Shown here: one piece after another, positions 60,491 to 64,000 of the stretch
Layout: every line of letters starts with the position of its first letter
Numbering within the stretch: the stretch's first letter is position 1
Origin: Synechococcales cyanobacterium CRU_2_2
GTDB lineage: Bacteria > Cyanobacteriota > Cyanobacteriia > PCC-9006 > JAAUQQ01
Direction: 5' to 3'
Length of the DNA: 64,000 nucleotides
Assembly: GCA_012034805.1 (NCBI GenBank)
Contig: JAAUOP010000002.1
Location: 8,093 to 72,092 of the forward strand
Made by a program: the position numbers and the translations under genes
Notes under the pieces: generated by a model
What the model saw: only the letters and a program-made list of their open reading frames with translations
Told to the model about the DNA's origin: nothing
Database searches by the model: none

Positions 60491-61021
60491 GTGAAGCCGC
60501 AAATTACTGACCTAGATACTTGGAATAAAGCAGAGCAACTGCTCCAGCCTTCGTTTATCCGACTACTTGATAATTTTCGTAAAGCCCTTGAAGGCTCCCA
60601 TTGGCAAAGCCATTACGAAGACATTGCCACCTGGCCCGAGGATACCACTCCAGTCCAAAAGGAACAGTATGAGCAGCTGATTGTCAAGCTCGACCAAGCG
60701 AAGCCAGACGAAGTCTCGGAAATTGAATCTCTACTTTCCCAAATTCCTGAACCCGAGATGGCCTATGAGCTCCAGCTTTGTCGGGATGAGAAGACCCTAA
60801 GGTTTGATATGTGGCAGTTGTGTTATCAAGTTTGTTTTTGTAACTACGTGCCCGGTTTTGATCTGCCCGGTGTTGATCTGCCGGGTGCCCCTAGAGAAAC
60901 TGGTGCAACCCAGGTGGTGGCGATCGACTCAGCGCTGCTTGATGCTGAAGGTGAGGTGGATTGGGTTGCCCTTGACCACAAGGTCAAGGCCATTGTGGAA
61001 CGGATTGTGAATCACTTGTGA
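60491..61021 (+). CDS. Conserved hypothetical protein
   Basis: 176-aa ORF with a GTG start and host-like codon bias. I recognise no domain. Confidence 0.5.
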   Translation: MKPQITDLDTWNKAEQLLQPSFIRLLDNFRKALEGSHWQSHYEDIATWPEDTTPVQKEQYEQLIVKLDQAKPDEVSEIESLLSQIPEPEMAYELQLCRDEKTLRFDMWQLCYQVCFCNYVPGFDLPGVDLPGAPRETGATQVVAIDSALLDAEGEVDWVALDHKVKAIVERIVNHL

Positions 61022-61062
61022 ATGACTTGTGAGTCACTTGTGAGTCACTTGTGATTCACGGG
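61008..61062. repeat. 11-bp tandem repeat, about 5 copies (tgaNtcacttg)
   Basis: Direct reading. The first copies encode the last residues and the stop of the 60491-61021 gene. Confidence 0.9.
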
Positions 61063-61094
61063 TGACCCGGATAAACCCAGGGACGGATAAACCC

Positions 61095-62070
61095 ATGACC
61101 GACTGGATCCCACAGCCGACCCAAGACGGCTCCTTTACCTTTTTTCCGCAGCCTTCAACGAAGCCTTCCACAGCCAGCAAGGCGCTTGGACCGAGGCGAT
61201 CGAGAAGTTCGCGATCGCCACCCAACTCGCCCGTCTGGCCCAACAGGCACACGAGAGCGGCTCCCCCATCAAACTGCTCGACGTTTGCTATGGCCTTGGC
61301 CTCAACACCGCCGCTGCCCTGGCGACAATTTGGCAGACCCACCCCCATTGCCCCGTTGAGTTGTATGCCCTAGAACTCGATGGCTCGGTTCCTTTGGCGG
61401 CGATCGCCTGCCCCATCGCCTGCCCCATCGCCGAGGACAGCAGCGCCCCACCGCTGGTTCATCCCTGGCCTGCCTATCTCCAGCCTCTGCTGACGACCCT
61501 TGCCCGTGACCATCGTTTCTGGCCAAAGTCCCATCCGCACTCGTCCCCTCGCCCTGGAGCTTGCCCCCTCACGGCTCAATTGTTGCTCGGTGATGCCCGC
61601 CAAACTATCGCCAGGGTTCAGCAGGCTAAGTTTCAAGCCGACGCGATTTTTCTTGACCCCTTCTCCCCCCGTCGTTGCCCTCAGCTTTGGACAGTCGAAT
61701 TTTCCAGCAGATTGCCCAATGCCTGGCCCCCAGCGGTCGCCTCGCCACCTACTCGCGATCGGCTGCGGTGCGATCGGCAATGTTGCAAGCGGGTTTTGAG
61801 ATCGGCACGCTTCCGCTGCCTCAATCGAATCCTCGCCACCCCCACGAATGGGCTCAGGGCACGATCGCTGTCCTCCCTGGCAACACCACCGACCTGACTC
61901 CACTCTCGCCCCTGGAACAAGAGCATTTGCAAACCCGAGCTGGAATCGCTTTACGAGATCCGCTGCTCAGGGATGATGCTGCAACGATTTTGGCGCGTCA
62001 GCACGAGGAACAAGTCGCTACCGATCTGGAGTCAACCTCAAGCTGGCGGCGTCGCTGGGGGTTGGATTAG
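61095..62070 (+). pseudogene. MnmC-like SAM-dependent methyltransferase (tRNA mnm5s2U34 methyltransferase domain, DUF752-like), split by two 1-nt frameshifts
   Basis: Repairing the T-runs at 61140-61145 and 61700-61703 gives DGSFTFFSAAFNEAFHSQQGAWTEA...LLDVCYGLGLNTAAA...DAIFLDPFSPRRCPQLWTVEFFQQIAQCLAPSGRLATYSRSAAVRSAMLQAGFEI. Confidence 0.7.
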
Positions 62071-62216
62071 GGGTGATTGCCCATCCCCGTGCTCGGCTCC
62101 TAGCCCTGCGCTCCCAACGACCAGTTTTGTAAATGTCACCCACCCCTTCGCCAAAGCGTGTCTTGATTCGTCATGGTGGCCATGAACTTGAGCCCTAGAA
62201 TCCCAGGAGTGCGACG

Positions 62217-62399
62217 ATGTCTAAGACACTGATGCTGAGTAGCCTGATCGCAGGATTGCTAACGCTGGGCATGGCCAGCATCAAAACCCTGGAGATTGTG
62301 CAGGAAAGCCGCTGCAAAACCTTCCCGGAATGGTGCGGGACCGTCCAGTCCGCCGCCGAAGTGACCTCAGAAACGGCAAGCGATGCGATCGCCAAATAA
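62217..62399 (+). CDS. Small secreted or membrane protein (60 aa)
   Basis: AGGAG lies 8 nt upstream of the ATG. It has a signal-like N-terminus and two Cys (CKTFPEWC). Confidence 0.35.
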   Translation: MSKTLMLSSLIAGLLTLGMASIKTLEIVQESRCKTFPEWCGTVQSAAEVTSETASDAIAK

Positions 62400-62488
62400 A
62401 CCGTTGGCACAGATCAGAATTTTGTCTTTCTCCGGTTCCTGAGCTACGCAAGCGTCGGCTGTGTTAAACCGTAAAACTGATCACTTTA

Positions 62489-63064
62489 GTGAATCCCTTA
62501 CACCACTTACAGTTAAGCAAGTGTAAGAATAAAGTAGAAATATCAAGCTGCGTTGACGAAAGCCGATGGCGATCGCCCGCCCCAAGCCTGAACCTTAGCC
62601 CCAGCGCTTCAGACTGCAGCTTTAGCCCAGGAGTGACCCGCGTGAACGCAGCCGAGCAAGCAACCAATCTTCATCTGGCCAGCAAAATTGCCACTGTGGT
62701 CAATTTGTTCAAGCAGCGCTTCCCTGACGCGCGCGCCGATCTCAAGCCCTGGGCCAACGACTCGGCAACGCGAGCTGCGCTGGATCCAGATTCTCTGGAT
62801 GTCGGCTTTCATTTTCCAGGGTGGAGCCCTCGCCTGGAGAGTCGCAGTATGCTAGTGCAAATTCACTTTACAGTCGAAGAAGAGGAACCTGCCAAACTGA
62901 TTGGCCTGGAGGTGGTCGGTCTCACCTACGAAGGTGAGCAATGGCGCATCTCTACTATTGCCGATTGGCGTGTTGTGGGGCGCAAATCTCCAGCAACAGA
63001 TACAACGAAAAAACTCAAAGAGTTCTGCCACCAAGTATTTGAGCTTTTTCATTCAAGTGTTTGA
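62489..63064 (+). CDS. Hypothetical protein
   Basis: The ORF is convincingly protein-like only from about 62640 (VNAAEQATN...) onward. The start is uncertain. Confidence 0.4.
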   Translation: MNPLHHLQLSKCKNKVEISSCVDESRWRSPAPSLNLSPSASDCSFSPGVTRVNAAEQATNLHLASKIATVVNLFKQRFPDARADLKPWANDSATRAALDPDSLDVGFHFPGWSPRLESRSMLVQIHFTVEEEEPAKLIGLEVVGLTYEGEQWRISTIADWRVVGRKSPATDTTKKLKEFCHQVFELFHSSV

Positions 63065-63121
63065 GCGCGTGGCTGAGCGAGGAATTGAGCCCAACACAAA
63101 CGCTTCGAGTGGCTTGACACC

Positions 63122-63559
63122 CTATTCGCTGATCAGCCGTTCAGCCATTTTGAATAAATTGCTAAGATGGCGTTTGCCCAACAACTCCTCAACCCGCGTT
63201 TGGGCATCGCTCCATCCCTGGGCGGCTTTGTTCAACAGAGCCTCTCCTTTCTTCGAGAGTGCTACTGTCTGTAGGCGCTTCCCTGGACTGTAAGCGGCTT
63301 TCAACCAACCATTACGGATCATGCGATCTAGGCCTCGGCTGAGGGTTGATTTTTCAACGTTGAGTTCTAAGCCAATGACTTGAGGAGTAATACTTTCGTA
63401 CTGGGAAACGAGAGCTAAGATATCGAGCTGGGCGATCGTGAGCTTAAACTGACGCAACTCCTCATCGTAGAGGCCCGAAATGACGCGGTTGAGCTGACGA
63501 ATGCGCAGAGCTGCACACTCATTGGTGATCTGTTCGCCGACTTCTTCAATAGTGCTCAT
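63122..63559 (-). CDS. MarR-family transcriptional regulator
   Basis: LTIAQLDILALVSQYESITPQVIGLELNVEKSTLSRGLDRMIRNGWL...GKRLQTVALSKKGEALL (wHTH). Confidence 0.88.
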   Translation of the reverse strand: MSTIEEVGEQITNECAALRIRQLNRVISGLYDEELRQFKLTIAQLDILALVSQYESITPQVIGLELNVEKSTLSRGLDRMIRNGWLKAAYSPGKRLQTVALSKKGEALLNKAAQGWSDAQTRVEELLGKRHLSNLFKMAERLISE

Positions 63560-64000
63560 AGTACAAATACTTTGGTGTGAACTGTCTTTTTGTGAACTGC
63601 GTTTTTAGGTTGTGAGAGCAACCTTTGCTTGACTGGTTTGCTTGACTGGTCTGCTTGGCTGGGGTAATTTTGATAAAGATTGTATGTGCAACGGGTGATC
63701 TTGTCTAGATCTAAACCAAAAAATCTTGGTTGTATCCGGTGACTAGATGCGATGACCGGATGCGATGACCGGATGCGGTGGCTAAACCTGAGTTGGTCTT
63801 GCAAGACGTCGGTCGTATGGTTGCGTTTGCTTCTAGGCTTGGATGAGCGATCGCCCATCCTCGTGTGATAAGCCCCTGACAGCCTAGCTCCCTCCGATCG
63901 CCTTAAAGCGGTCTAATCCCTGGTTGTCTGGAATGAGGATTTTGCTGCAACCTCTTGACGTTTGTAAAAGTAATGGGTTAGTGTTTGGGCACGGTGTTGG

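Overview
This window is a chromosomal segment of a cyanobacterium. The HIP1 octamer GCGATCGC recurs every few hundred bp, and psbV, nblA, a CpcS-type bilin lyase and a PTPA-CTERM sorting signal are present. I recognise about 50 protein-coding genes, mostly housekeeping: aroA, alaS, ruvC, psbV, ftsH, the pyruvate dehydrogenase E2 subunit, sppA, coaD, purK, thiC, pcm, a NitT/TauT-type ABC importer and a MATE pump. I saw no rRNA, tRNA, CRISPR array, transposase or integrase. All family calls come from reading motifs in the supplied translations. No search or alignment tool was run.

Findings that stand out:
1. An orphan SyrB2-type Fe(II)/2OG halogenase candidate (15395-16504). It carries the halogenase H-x-A iron motif, sits in an AT-rich patch, and has no carrier protein or NRPS nearby.
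2. A same-strand cluster (51444-55898) with a wHTH/GNAT-like protein, a polytopic 4Fe-4S membrane protein and an FHA-domain-fused FNR-[2Fe-2S] reductase. It may be a phospho-regulated membrane redox module.
3. A decayed recombination/defence junction (43706-45790). It holds a truncated rmuC, a type I hsdM C-terminal remnant, a PD-(D/E)xK gene and an unknown gene.
4. A 572-aa protein built from repeated copies of an unrecognised helical domain, translationally coupled to a pentapeptide-repeat protein.
5. A candidate 6S RNA immediately downstream of purK.
6. At least ten frame disruptions at short homopolymer or dinucleotide runs, all in the second half of the window. They break sppA, purK, the 4Fe-4S protein, an MnmC-like methyltransferase and others. 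These are most simply assembly indel errors, and they fragment the ORF track.
7. Very frequent 11-18 bp tandem arrays sitting exactly on stop codons between genes, plus in-frame micro-expansions inside many CDSs.
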